Positions 1 through 9,292 are shown, numbered from the stretch's first letter. The stretch: DNA of 64,000 nucleotides from Thermomicrobiales bacterium (GCA_035944555.1 DASZAY010000026.1:117799-181798), one strand, 5' to 3'. The notes: a model not told the origin generated them from the letters alone. Numbers and translations: made by a program.

Positions 1-469
1 CGATGATCAGGCCGATACCGGCTGTCGCGATCGCGATCGCCCCCCAGGACCGGCCCGACAGCCGCTCCCGGAACACCAGGAACCCGAAGATGCCGACCAG
101 CAGCGGTGTCGTGCTGGTGACGATCCCGGCTTCGACGACCGAGGTGTAGCGCAGCCCGTAGAGCAGCCCCGTGTTGAAGATCAGCGTGCCGCAGAGCGAA
201 ACACTGATCACCAGCCCCCACGCCGCCCGATCCAGCCTCGGCAGGCCATCCTTCCGGAGCATGAACGGCAGCAACAGGAGCGCCCCGAGGGCATAGCGGA
301 CGACCGACGCCGTCATCGGCGGCAATGCCTCGGTCACGACCTTGGTCGCGAGGATGCCGGAAGCGATCGTCGCCATCGCCAGCGTCAGCTCGATCACCCC
401 GAACCAGAGCGGCGACATCCAGGCGAATAGCTGCGGCATCGGGATCGGCCGGGCGGCTGAGGCGCGCAT
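1..469 (-). CDS. EamA/DMT-family transporter, N-terminal part only (gene runs off the left edge)
   Basis: Reverse-strand reading from ATG at 469 (in-frame alternative ATG at 439) gives MRASAARPIPMPQLFAWMSPLWFGVIELTLAMATIASGILATKVV...LRYTSVVEAGIVTSTTPLLVGIFGFLVFRERLS. This is a multi-TM pattern typical of EamA repeats. It is absent from the ORF track because it is truncated by the window edge. Confidence 0.65.
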   Translation of the reverse strand, partial: MRASAARPIPMPQLFAWMSPLWFGVIELTLAMATIASGILATKVVTEALPPMTASVVRYALGALLLLPFMLRKDGLPRLDRAAWGLVISVSLCGTLIFNTGLLYGLRYTSVVEAGIVTSTTPLLVGIFGFLVFRERLSGRSWGAIAIATAGIGLII

Positions 470-528
470 CAGGTCCCCGGCCGGAGCCGTGTCACCGTCG
501 ACAGCCCACGGTCCGGGGGCGTTGGCCG

Positions 529-1266
529 TCACGGCCGGCGGTCCGGCAGGTCCTGGTAAGCGGCCTCGGAGCCGATCCAGACGGCGCCGTCGGCGTAGTG
601 TTCTTCCTTCCAGATCGGGACGATCTGCTTGATGCGCTCGATCATGTGGCGGCTGGCCTCGTACCCTTCGTCGCGGTGTGCGGAGGCGACGCAGATGACG
701 ACCGATGCCACGCCCGGTCCGAGGCGCCCGATCCGGTGGTGGACGGCGACCTGCTCGACGGGGATCGCCCAGCGCTCGGCGATCTCGTCGGCGATCACCG
801 CCAGCTGCCGCTCGGCCGCCGGCTCGTAGGCCTCGTAGACCAGTTCACTCACCCCGGCGCCACGAGCGTTGTCCCGGACGGTTCCGGTGAAGGTGATGAT
901 CGCGCCAGCCGCCGGCGTCGCGACCAGTGCCTCGACGACGCGGGGATCCAGCTCGTCGGCAGTGACGAGAAAGCGCTTCGCCTCCCCACCATTGCCCCCA
1001 CTGACCGGCGGCACGAACACGACCTCGTCGCCGTCGCGCAGCTCATGGCCGGGATCGGCATAGTCCTGGTTGACCATCAGCATCGTCGCGGCGCGCAACG
1101 CCGGCACCGCCAGGGCCGGCTGCTCCCCGGTGATGTCGTCGAACAGCTGGCCGACGGTCGTCCCGGCCGGGATGGCGCGATCTTCCTGACCACGACCAAG
1201 CCGCTGGCGGAAGATGGCGAAGTAGCGGAGGTGGACGGTGATTGTGGCGTCCGGCGACTGTGGCAA
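529..1266 (-). CDS. Fused molybdopterin synthase: MoaD-like sulfur-carrier domain plus MoaE catalytic domain
   Basis: 245-aa ORF. The N-terminal ~90 aa is a ThiS/MoaD-like beta-grasp ending ...DGDEVVFVPPVSGG (Gly-Gly at about 994-999). It is followed by GNGGEAKRF and a MoaE-like region (FTGTVRDN...VYEAYEPAAE...HRIGRLGPGVASVVICVASAHRDEGYEASRHMIERIKQIVPIWKEE). Confidence 0.85.
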   Translation of the reverse strand: MPQSPDATITVHLRYFAIFRQRLGRGQEDRAIPAGTTVGQLFDDITGEQPALAVPALRAATMLMVNQDYADPGHELRDGDEVVFVPPVSGGNGGEAKRFLVTADELDPRVVEALVATPAAGAIITFTGTVRDNARGAGVSELVYEAYEPAAERQLAVIADEIAERWAIPVEQVAVHHRIGRLGPGVASVVICVASAHRDEGYEASRHMIERIKQIVPIWKEEHYADGAVWIGSEAAYQDLPDRRP

Positions 1267-1370
1267 CGGTCTCTCCTCGGGTGGAATGGTCTCCGGACAG
1301 ACGAAGACGGGAGCCGGCGGGTAGCGTACCCCAGCCGGCTCCCGTCTTCTGGCCGTTCGATGATGCCGAA

Positions 1371-1589
1371 CTACTTCGCGAGGCGGGCCAGCTCGTCGCG
1401 GAGCTTGACGGCGCCTTCGCGGTAGCTGTCATGGATCGCGCCGAAGGTCTGGGCGAGCTGCTCGTCGCCGTTCTTCGTGGCGTCCTGCTGGTACTTCGCC
1501 AGCGATTCCATTCCCTGGAGCAGGTTGCTCAGGGTGGTGATGACGTTGTACTGCAGGTCACTGACGGGGAAGTTTCCACCGGTGGTCAT
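1371..1589 (-). CDS. Small hypothetical protein (72 aa, helical)
   Basis: Internal ATG at 1589 is preceded by GGAGGAACAGCG. Sequence MTTGGNFPVSDLQYNVITTLSNLLQGMESLAKYQQDA...; no family recognised. Confidence 0.5.
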   Translation of the reverse strand: MTTGGNFPVSDLQYNVITTLSNLLQGMESLAKYQQDATKNGDEQLAQTFGAIHDSYREGAVKLRDELARLAK

Positions 1590-1688
1590 CGCTGTTCCTC
1601 CGTGTGCGTCGGGTGTCCCCTCGTCACATGACGGGGACGACCCAACGTGCATACGGGGTGCCAGCGAGCAGACGTGACCGTGCGGAGG

Positions 1689-2657
1689 TCAGCGCCGTCC
1701 GCGTGGGTCGAACGCGTCACGCAGTCCCTCGCCGAGCAGGTTGAAGGCAAGGACCGTCACCGTGATGAAGATCCCCGGCGCGATCATGATGTGCGGGTAC
1801 TCGCGGATATAGTCGCGCCCGTCGGCCAGCATCCGGCCCCAGGAGGGATTGGGTGGCTGGACACCGAGACCGAGGAAGCTCAGCGCCGACTCGTAGATGA
1901 TCACGCCGCCGACGGCCAGCGACCAGAGGACGATCACCACACCGACCACGTTCGGGATGATGTGGCGGACGATGATCCGCCACGACGTCGCGCCCGACGC
2001 CTCCGCCGCCAGCACGAAGTCGCGCTGTTTCAGGCTCAGGACCTCGGCCCGGACGACCCGGGCGTAGCTGGCCCAGACGCTGAAGCCGATGATCAGGACC
2101 ACCAGGGGAATGCTCGGCGAGAGCACCGCCGCCAGCACCAGGAGCAGCGCGATCGTCGGAAAGGCCATCAGGGAGTCGACGAGCCGCGAGAGCACGAGGT
2201 CCACCCAGCCGCCGAAGTAGCCGGACGACGCCCCGACCAGTACCCCGATCGTAACCGCGATCGTGGTCGCGCCGATCCCGACCAGCAGGGCGATCCGGGT
2301 GCCGTAGAGCAACCGGCTGAGCATGTCGCGCCCGTTGGCGTCATTGCCCAACCAGTAGCCACTGGACGGCCCGTCGCCACGTAACCGGAGGTTGTTGTCC
2401 AGTGGCTCGTGCGGGGCGATGACCGGCGCGAGGATCGCCGTGATGACCAGGAGGATGATGAACGCCAGTGCCGGGACGGCCGGCGGGTAGGCCCGGAACC
2501 GTCGCCAGCGGCGCTTCCATTCCGACTGGTGGCCGTCGACGCCCCGGGCAAGGCGCCCGGCGTCGCCAGCCGACGGCGCGGCGTCGGCCAGCATCGGGTC
2601 GGACGCGACGGCCCCGGACGCTGCGGGCCGCTGGTCGGATGAGGTCGGGAACGTCAT
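1689..2657 (-). CDS. ABC transporter permease (DppC/OppC type)
   Basis: 322-aa ORF with multiple TM segments and the binding-protein-dependent permease signature (LAAEASGATSWRIIVRHIIPN). Confidence 0.9.
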   Translation of the reverse strand: MTFPTSSDQRPAASGAVASDPMLADAAPSAGDAGRLARGVDGHQSEWKRRWRRFRAYPPAVPALAFIILLVITAILAPVIAPHEPLDNNLRLRGDGPSSGYWLGNDANGRDMLSRLLYGTRIALLVGIGATTIAVTIGVLVGASSGYFGGWVDLVLSRLVDSLMAFPTIALLLVLAAVLSPSIPLVVLIIGFSVWASYARVVRAEVLSLKQRDFVLAAEASGATSWRIIVRHIIPNVVGVVIVLWSLAVGGVIIYESALSFLGLGVQPPNPSWGRMLADGRDYIREYPHIMIAPGIFITVTVLAFNLLGEGLRDAFDPRGRR

Positions 2658-2715
2658 GGTCTGCTTCCTGGTCGGCTCGACAGGCGGCGGGAAACGGCAG
2701 GCGTGGGGAACCGGG

Positions 2716-3645
2716 TCACGAGATCCGGATCCGCGGGTCGATCAACGCATAGGTCAGATCCGTCAGCAGGTTGCCGATGACGACGATCGTGGCCAACAGC
2801 AGGACCAGCGCCTGGACGACCTGATAATCCAGGCTGAACAGCGAGTTCGAGAACAGCCGCCCAATACCTGGGAAGCTGAACACCGTTTCGATCACGATCG
2901 TCCCGGACAGGATGAAGGCGATCCGGTAGCCCAGCACGGTCACGATTGGCAGCATCGCATTCCGGACGACATGGCGCGTCATGACGACCTTCTCGCGCAG
3001 GCCCTTGGCCCGGGCGGTCTGGACGTGATCGCTGGACAGCGCCTCCAGCGTCGCGCCGCGGGTGACGCGGATAAGGGCGGCCATCTCCTCGAACGCCAGC
3101 ACCGCGACCGGCAGCACGTACGACCGCCATCCATTGGAGGCGCCATACGTCGGGAGCCAGCCGAGGATCGAGGCGAACAGGATGATGCCGAGAATGCCGA
3201 TCCAGTAGTTCGGCACCGCGACGCCCAGCGTCGACGTCGCGGTCGTCACATAATCGAGGACGGAGTTGCGCCGGTACGCCGCGAGGATGCCGAGCGGGAT
3301 CGCGATCGCGATCGCGAGCGTGATCGCCATCACGTTCAGGGCCAGCGTGTACGGGATCGCCTCCGCGATTACCTGCGTTACGGGAGTGCCGCTCCGGCTG
3401 ATGGATTCGCCGAAGTCACCCTGGAGGACATTGCCGATCCAGGTGAGGTACTGCTCGTGGACCGGGCGATCCAGCCCCCACTTCGCGGTGAGATTGTCCC
3501 GGGCTTCCTGGGTCACTCGGGCCGTACCGACGAGCAGATCGACGGGAGAGCCCGGCGCCGCCTTGAGGAGCCCGAAGGTCAGGATGCTGATGAGGAACAG
3601 GACCAGGATGCCCTGCAGCAGTCGGATGACGAGATAGCGCAGCAT
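2716..3645 (-). CDS. ABC transporter permease (DppB/OppB type)
   Basis: 309-aa ORF beginning MLRYLVIRLLQGILVLFLISILTF. It carries TARAKGLREKVVMTRHVVRNAMLP, the EAA-loop type motif of peptide/nickel permeases. Confidence 0.9.
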   Translation of the reverse strand: MLRYLVIRLLQGILVLFLISILTFGLLKAAPGSPVDLLVGTARVTQEARDNLTAKWGLDRPVHEQYLTWIGNVLQGDFGESISRSGTPVTQVIAEAIPYTLALNVMAITLAIAIAIPLGILAAYRRNSVLDYVTTATSTLGVAVPNYWIGILGIILFASILGWLPTYGASNGWRSYVLPVAVLAFEEMAALIRVTRGATLEALSSDHVQTARAKGLREKVVMTRHVVRNAMLPIVTVLGYRIAFILSGTIVIETVFSFPGIGRLFSNSLFSLDYQVVQALVLLLATIVVIGNLLTDLTYALIDPRIRIS

Positions 3646-3782
3646 GGCTCACCAGCGGGGAATGAGGGTTGAACGACGCGGGATGGAAGAGCGACTGAAG
3701 GCAGCCTCGCCATCATGCACGCGGGAGGAACGCGACGGCCCCGCCCGGTCGTCTGGTGGCGACCCGACGAGGCCGTCATGTA

Positions 3783-3825
3783 CAGCCCGACCGGACCGGC
3801 AGTGTGAGCCGGCCCGGTCGGGCTG
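3783..3825 (-). terminator. Intercistronic stem-loop between the SBP gene and the first permease gene (possible attenuator or mRNA stabiliser)
   Basis: CAGCCCGACCGG (3783-3794) pairs with CCGGTCGGGCTG (3814-3825). An inner CCGGC/GCCGG stem closes a 7-nt loop. Confidence 0.45.
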
Positions 3826-3840
3826 CGATGGGCCAGGCGA

Positions 3841-5523
3841 CTAGGCGGGTGCGCTGACGCCCCAGGTGTACGCCTTCTTGTACAGCTCGTCGACGCTGTT
3901 CACGGTGCCAGCCTCGGGCAGGTTGGTGACCCGGTTGGAGAAGATCGACCGGCTCTCGAGGTAGGCGATGTACAGGAAGGGCACCTCGTCCGCGACGATC
4001 TGCTGGATCTCGTGGTAGATGGGGATCCGCTCCTCCTGCGTCAGGGCGGCGATGCCGGCCTGGAGCAGTTCGTCGACGCGCGGGTTGCTGTAGCGGGAGA
4101 AGTTGGTCGAGCCGTTCGTTCCCAGGACCTCGGTCGCGTCGGGATCGCCGCCATCGCCGTAGGTCCAGCCGAACAGCCCGGCATCGACTTCGCCGGCCGG
4201 CAGCTGCTCGAGGATCTGGGCGACCGGGATCTCCCGGAGCTCGGCCTGGATTCCCACGTCACTGAGCAGCTGCTGCGCGAACTCGGCCACCGAGCGCCGG
4301 GTGGAGTCACCGGCCGGGATGGCGACGGTGAAGGTCAGCGGCTGACCATCCTTCTCACGCACATCGCCGTTCAGCACCCAACCAGACTCGTCGAGGAGGG
4401 CGGCGGCCTGCTCGGGATCGTAGGGATACTGCGTGACCTGGTCGGTGTAGTAGGTCTCGACGGCCGGCGAGAGGTTGCTCGTCGCGATCTGAGCGGTGCC
4501 CAGGTAGATCTCGTCGATGATCAGCTGCCGGTCGATGGCGTACATCATCGCCTTGCGGACGTTGACGTCGCTGAGGATCGGATGCTGGTTGTTGAGCGGG
4601 AAGTGGGTGACAGCGAAGTTCAGCGTCGTGTACGTGGTGAAGTTCGGATCCTGCTCCAGCCGGTTGGCATCCTCCGGCGTCAGCGTCCAGACGCTGTGAT
4701 CGGACTCGCCGTTCTCCAGCGCCTCGGCCCGGATGGCCGCCTCGGGGACGACGTCGAGCTGGAACTGATCGACCAGCGCACGACCGCGGAAGTGGTCGGG
4801 GTAGGCATCGAGCAGCACCCGGGCGGCCGGGTCGAAGCTGTTGACCATGAACGGGCCGGTGCCCATCGGCTTCTGGGCGTAGGCCGCCTGGCCGACCTCG
4901 GCGTGGTAGGCGCTCGGGAGGATCAGCGTGGATCCGATCAGGGCGTTGAAGGCCGCGTTCGGTGCCGAGAGGGTGATGACCACCGTCGTCGGATCCGGCG
5001 CCTCGACGCTGGTCACGTTCTCGAACGACCCGGCGGAGATGGAGGCATTGGCCGGATCCTTGATCCAGTCCATCGTGTACTTGACGTCCGCGGAGCTGAA
5101 GGCGTCGCCGTTCTGGAACGTGATGCCCTCACGCAGCTTGACGGTGTAGGTCAGGCCGTCATCGGAGACGCTCGGCAGCTCGGCGGCGAGAACGGGCTGG
5201 AAGGTCAGCGTCTCGTCCAGCTCGACCATACCGTTGTGGATCTGGACGATCGCGACGAATGGCACCGTCGCGCCGGCATCCTCGGGGCTGAGGCCGGGGA
5301 TGTCCTGGTGGCCGGTGAGCCGCAGGATGCCGCCAGTGGCCGGGGTGCCATCCTGGAACCGGGCGCCGACCTGGGCACCGGAGACGATCTCGGCCGAGGC
5401 GATGCCGCCGCCCAGCGACGCGGCAGCGACACCGGCGCCGGCGACGCCCGCTCCGCGGAGAAGATCACGACGGCTGACGGCCGTGTGCAGGAGTCGCTGG
5501 CCTTCCTGGTTCAGATCACGCAT
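3841..5523 (-). CDS. ABC transporter substrate-binding protein, family 5 (peptide/nickel type), Tat signal
   Basis: 560-aa ORF. The N-terminus has a twin-arginine motif (SRRDLLRGAGVAGAGVAAASLGG). The body resembles family-5 SBPs (TFQNGDAFSSADVKYT..., LNFAVTHFPLNN). Confidence 0.9.
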   Translation of the reverse strand: MRDLNQEGQRLLHTAVSRRDLLRGAGVAGAGVAAASLGGGIASAEIVSGAQVGARFQDGTPATGGILRLTGHQDIPGLSPEDAGATVPFVAIVQIHNGMVELDETLTFQPVLAAELPSVSDDGLTYTVKLREGITFQNGDAFSSADVKYTMDWIKDPANASISAGSFENVTSVEAPDPTTVVITLSAPNAAFNALIGSTLILPSAYHAEVGQAAYAQKPMGTGPFMVNSFDPAARVLLDAYPDHFRGRALVDQFQLDVVPEAAIRAEALENGESDHSVWTLTPEDANRLEQDPNFTTYTTLNFAVTHFPLNNQHPILSDVNVRKAMMYAIDRQLIIDEIYLGTAQIATSNLSPAVETYYTDQVTQYPYDPEQAAALLDESGWVLNGDVREKDGQPLTFTVAIPAGDSTRRSVAEFAQQLLSDVGIQAELREIPVAQILEQLPAGEVDAGLFGWTYGDGGDPDATEVLGTNGSTNFSRYSNPRVDELLQAGIAALTQEERIPIYHEIQQIVADEVPFLYIAYLESRSIFSNRVTNLPEAGTVNSVDELYKKAYTWGVSAPA

Positions 5524-5677
5524 CGTCTGGCTCCCTCATGGTCTGTTGCCGGAAACCCGGCGACATCAGGCGGTGACGGGCCGTGGTGAAAAACGTCGGG
5601 ACGGACACCGGTTCGCGGTAAAACCGCCCCGATCGTTGAAACCCGTCGCGCGTCGATGCGGGCGATTGTGGCACAGG

Positions 5678-5756
5678 CTCCGGTCAATCGCTACGACCTG
5701 GCGATGCAATCTGCCTGATTCTGGCGTCGGGGGGTCGATTCCCCGACCGTATCCCA
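5678..5756 (+). pseudogene. Degenerate tRNA-like element ending in ...ACCGTAT-C-CCA
   Basis: T-arm-like CGGGG-GGTCGATT-CCCCG (5728-5745). Acceptor 3' strand, discriminator and CCA lie at 5746-5756. D-arm ATCG/CGAT at 5687-5705. However, the acceptor stem pairs at only 5 of 7 positions, the T-loop is 8 nt, and the anticodon arm is aberrant (4-bp stem, 5-nt loop). Confidence 0.3.
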
Positions 5757-5954
5757 GTGCAGAACTCGCCACCGGAACCTTCGATTAGCGCTGGACGTTC
5801 CCCTATCAGACCGGTGGACGGAAAGCGCCCGGTGTCGCCGGTCCCGTCCAGCCCCGTGCTAGACTCGGGGACCGTCACACAACCGTCCCTCCCCGAGCCG
5901 CACCTCGTTCGGGCCGCACCGTGGCCGCCTCACGCCGTTCCCGGGGAGCCTCCC

Positions 5955-7667
5955 GTGACCACGCTCGTCCAGATCTCGCACATCCACCTCGCCCATGGCG
6001 GCAATCGCCTGTTCGAGGGTGTCACCCTGTCCATCCGGCAGGGCGACCGGATCGCCATCGTCGGAGAGAACGGCGCCGGCAAATCGACCCTGCTGCGGAT
6101 CGCCGCCCGCCAGCTGGAACCCGACCGCGGGACGGTCATCTATCACCCTGGGACGACGACCGGCGTGCTGGACCAGCACGCCTCGCTGGACTCCGACCTG
6201 ACGGTCCGCGAGGTGGTCGCCGAGGCGCTGGGCAACAGCGACGCCCTCGAAGCCCGGCTGGATGCAATCGCCCTCGCGATGGCCGACGCCGACGACGAGA
6301 CGCTGACGGCGCTGCTGGACGAGCAGGGCGCAATCCTCGCCCGGCTGGATTCCTCCGCCGTCGACCAGGAGAGCACCCGCGCCGACGAGATCCTCGCCGG
6401 CCTGCGCCTGTCCGAATCCCGTTGGGACACCCGACTGGGCACGCTGTCGGGCGGGGAGCGGCGGCTGGTCGCGCTGGCCCGGCTGCTGGCCGCCTCGCCG
6501 ACGATGCTGTTCCTGGACGAGCCGGACAACCACCTCGACGACGAGGCCCGCTCGTGGCTGGAGCGCGAGATCATCCGCCACGACGGCGCCGTCGCCCTCG
6601 TCACCCACGACCGCTACCTCGTCGACCGGGTCGCGACCGGCATCCTGGAGGTCGAGGACGGCAAGCTGTCGTCGTGGCCGGGCAACTACACCGCCTACCG
6701 GACCGAGAAGCGCGCCCGGATCCTGCGTCAGCACCAGCTCCGGGTCAACGAGCTCCGCGAGTTCCAGAAGCTCAAGGAAAGCTCCGAGGCCCTGACCCAG
6801 TGGGCCCGGCAGAACCCGAAGTTCGCCACCCGGGCCGAGAACCAGCGCCGGAAGGTCCAGGAGGAGGCAGCCCGTCTGGAGGCGACGGCCCCACCACCGG
6901 TCGACCGGAAGCGGATCGACGTCGCCTTCGACGCGACCCGGGGGTCGGACAAGGTGCTGGAGATCGCCGGGCTCCGGAAGGCGTTCGGCGACCGGACGAT
7001 CTATCGCCCCTTCGACTTCACGATTCGTCACGGCGAGCGGGTGGGGCTGGTCGGACCGAATGGCGCCGGCAAGACGACGCTGCTCAGGATCCTGATGGGA
7101 CGCGAGACGCCGGACGCCGGCACGGTCCGGTTCGGCCCGAGTATCACCACGGGCTACTTCTCGCAGGAACAGGAGACGCTGGACCTCGGCCAGACCCCTC
7201 TCGACTTGGTCCGGCGCTCAGCGGCCCTCGACGAAGGGCGGGCACGGGGATTCCTCGGGTCGATCGGCTTCGACGCTCACACGGCCGAGAGCCGGGTTGG
7301 CGACCTGAGCGGCGGCGAGCGGAGCCGGCTGCTGTTCGGCACGCTGGTGCTGCAGGGCGCCAACCTGCTGATCCTGGACGAGCCGACCAACAACCTCGAC
7401 ATCGCGTCGATCGAGGTGCTCGAGGAGGCGCTGGCCGACTATGCCGGCACCCTCCTGACGGTGTCGCACGATCGCTACTTCCTCGACCGGACCTGTACCC
7501 GGATCATCGAGGTCCGTGGTGGGCTGGTCCACGACTACCCCGGCTCCTACGCCGACTACGATCGTGACCGGGGGACGGGCAGAGGCACCCGCCTGACGCA
7601 CACCGAGCCGGCCCCACCGCCATCCCCGGTTCGGAAGAAGGAGCGGAAACGGGCCGGCGTGGCGTAG
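5955..7667 (+). CDS. ABC-F family ATPase (two tandem ABC domains, no TM domain)
   Basis: Two Walker A motifs (GENGAGKST, GPNGAGKTT) and two signatures (LSGGERRLVALARLL, LSGGERSRLL), with a charged inter-domain linker and a basic tail. Start chosen at GTG 5955 after GGGGAG; the 66 upstream in-frame codons are Pro-rich and look non-coding. Confidence 0.85.
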   Translation: MTTLVQISHIHLAHGGNRLFEGVTLSIRQGDRIAIVGENGAGKSTLLRIAARQLEPDRGTVIYHPGTTTGVLDQHASLDSDLTVREVVAEALGNSDALEARLDAIALAMADADDETLTALLDEQGAILARLDSSAVDQESTRADEILAGLRLSESRWDTRLGTLSGGERRLVALARLLAASPTMLFLDEPDNHLDDEARSWLEREIIRHDGAVALVTHDRYLVDRVATGILEVEDGKLSSWPGNYTAYRTEKRARILRQHQLRVNELREFQKLKESSEALTQWARQNPKFATRAENQRRKVQEEAARLEATAPPPVDRKRIDVAFDATRGSDKVLEIAGLRKAFGDRTIYRPFDFTIRHGERVGLVGPNGAGKTTLLRILMGRETPDAGTVRFGPSITTGYFSQEQETLDLGQTPLDLVRRSAALDEGRARGFLGSIGFDAHTAESRVGDLSGGERSRLLFGTLVLQGANLLILDEPTNNLDIASIEVLEEALADYAGTLLTVSHDRYFLDRTCTRIIEVRGGLVHDYPGSYADYDRDRGTGRGTRLTHTEPAPPPSPVRKKERKRAGVA

Positions 7668-7797
7668 CCGTTCCCTGACCGGAACCAGAACCGGCAGCAG
7701 CCGGTCGCCCTGACCTGCACATCCCCTGGACGCTTTCCCGGAATCCGATGAGTCACCGACGGCCATGCCCGGCGCCGATTCCTATCGAGGAAGCTCT

Positions 7798-8316
7798 GTG
7801 AGCCGCAGACGCCAGATCCCCAGGATCGCGGCCCTCGTCGCGATCGGCTGGGGTATCGGAACGGGCCTGCTGTCGGTCGCCTGGGCGATGGGCAGCGACC
7901 TGGGAGTCAACACCCTCGGCACCCGGATCCAGGAACAGGCCCGGGAACGCGAGCCTGCGTTCATCGCGACGGTCGGGGCATCGGCCGTTGCCCGGCTGCT
8001 GGTCGCCGTCCTGGGCGCCGCACTGCTCGCGGGTCTGACCGGACGGCACCTGGTCCCGCGCCGTGTCCTGTTGGCCCTCGGGTACGCTGGTGGAGCCGGC
8101 CTGACACTGTATGGCGCGGCCGGAATCACCCAGGCTGCCCTCGCACTGGCCGGGGTGATCGACATCCCACCGTCGATGGGCGAGCACGCCGTACGCTGGT
8201 ACCTCCTGCTCTGGGAGCCACTCTGGCTGGTCGCCGGATTCGCACTCCTGGCCGCCGCCGATGGGTACCGGCGTGTCACCCGTGACCGACAGGACGACGC
8301 GCGCGCGACGCGATGA
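7798..8316 (+). CDS. Hypothetical integral membrane protein
   Basis: Four predicted hydrophobic helices. GTG 7798 is preceded by GAGGAAG; the in-frame ATG at 7765 is an alternative. No confident family call. Confidence 0.5.
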   Translation: MSRRRQIPRIAALVAIGWGIGTGLLSVAWAMGSDLGVNTLGTRIQEQAREREPAFIATVGASAVARLLVAVLGAALLAGLTGRHLVPRRVLLALGYAGGAGLTLYGAAGITQAALALAGVIDIPPSMGEHAVRWYLLLWEPLWLVAGFALLAAADGYRRVTRDRQDDARATR

Positions 8317-8326
8317 CAGGAACCCC

Positions 8327-9292
8327 ATGCCCACCGACGACGTGATACTCCAGACGGTCCGCGGCCCGGTTTCCGGGCGGGATATCCACCGGGCGCTTGC
8401 TCACGAGCACCTGTTCGTCGACTTCCAGCCCGCCAACGCACCTGGCTATATGGACGTCGACTGGGGCGTGGTCCGGGGGGCGGCGGTCAACCGGGCGCGG
8501 GAGCTCCGGGCGCAGGGCGTCGATCTGCTGATCGAGTGGACGACGCTGGGCGTCGGACGGAACGTCGCGCTGCTGCGGGACGTCTCGGGCGCAACCGGGC
8601 TGCATATCGTCTGCCCGACCGGCATCTACCTCGCCAAGCGCCCGCCCGGCTGGCAGACGCTGTCCGTCGCCCAGCTGGCCCAGCGGTTCTCCCTGGAGCT
8701 GACCGGCGGGATCGACGGCAGCGGCGTGCGGGCTGGCTTCGTCAAGATCGCGACCAGCGACGACGGCCCGACCCCGGACGAGACGACGATCCATCGCGCC
8801 GCTGCGATCGCCGCCGGCGAGACCGGCGCGACGATCGGCCTGCACAGCCCGCTGGCGGGGCCGCTGGGGCGGGTGCTCGAAACGTTGCAGGCGGAGGGCT
8901 TCCCCCCGGAGCGCCTGGTCTGGGCCCACGCCCAGCGGTCGACCCAGGAGGACCACGCCCGGTTCGCGGCGATGGGTATCGCAGTCCAGTTCGACTCGTT
9001 CAGCAGCCGCTCCGGTGCCGACGCCGGGCCGCCGTCACTGGCCGATCGATCACTGGATGCGATCGCCGCGCTGATCGACGCCGATCACCTCAGCCAGATC
9101 CTGGTCTCGGACGACGCGACGGTCGTCTGCAACCCGCCCACGACGCAGTACGGCTACGACGCGACCAGCGTGATGCGCACCCTCAAGCCAGGACTCCGTG
9201 AGCGATTCGGCGATGGGGCCACCCGGGCCATCCTGCGGGACAACGTCCTGCGGGCGTTCCGGGCGCCGGACAGCACCGGGGCGGCACGGTGA
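8327..9292 (+). CDS. Phosphotriesterase-family (PTE/Php-like) metal hydrolase
   Basis: N-terminal ALAHEHLFVDF (HxH metal motif), then ...HIVCPTGIY..., GFVKIATS, GLHSP, typical of the amidohydrolase-fold PTE family. ATG 8327 lies just after the stop of the upstream gene. Confidence 0.75.
   Translation: MPTDDVILQTVRGPVSGRDIHRALAHEHLFVDFQPANAPGYMDVDWGVVRGAAVNRARELRAQGVDLLIEWTTLGVGRNVALLRDVSGATGLHIVCPTGIYLAKRPPGWQTLSVAQLAQRFSLELTGGIDGSGVRAGFVKIATSDDGPTPDETTIHRAAAIAAGETGATIGLHSPLAGPLGRVLETLQAEGFPPERLVWAHAQRSTQEDHARFAAMGIAVQFDSFSSRSGADAGPPSLADRSLDAIAALIDADHLSQILVSDDATVVCNPPTTQYGYDATSVMRTLKPGLRERFGDGATRAILRDNVLRAFRAPDSTGAAR

Noticed and set aside
325-1425. Long ORFs in the track that lie antisense to, or out of frame with, recognisable genes. 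Examples: 325-1425, 4012-5589, 5859-7031, 12233-13489, 13585-14541, 17612-18370, 18760-19971, 33560-35437, 37475-39187, 50718-52694, 54003-55202, 54973-56670, 61428-62630.
   Set aside because: Their translations are Arg/Pro/Gly/Ala-rich with no motifs. Each overlaps a gene with clear family signatures on the other strand or frame. This is the expected stop-codon-poor artefact of high GC content.
5757-5954. 66-codon N-terminal extension of the ABC-F gene.
   Set aside because: It is a Pro/Ser-rich non-domain sequence that begins immediately after the tRNA-like element. GTG 5955 with GGGGAG gives a normal ABC-F N-terminus.
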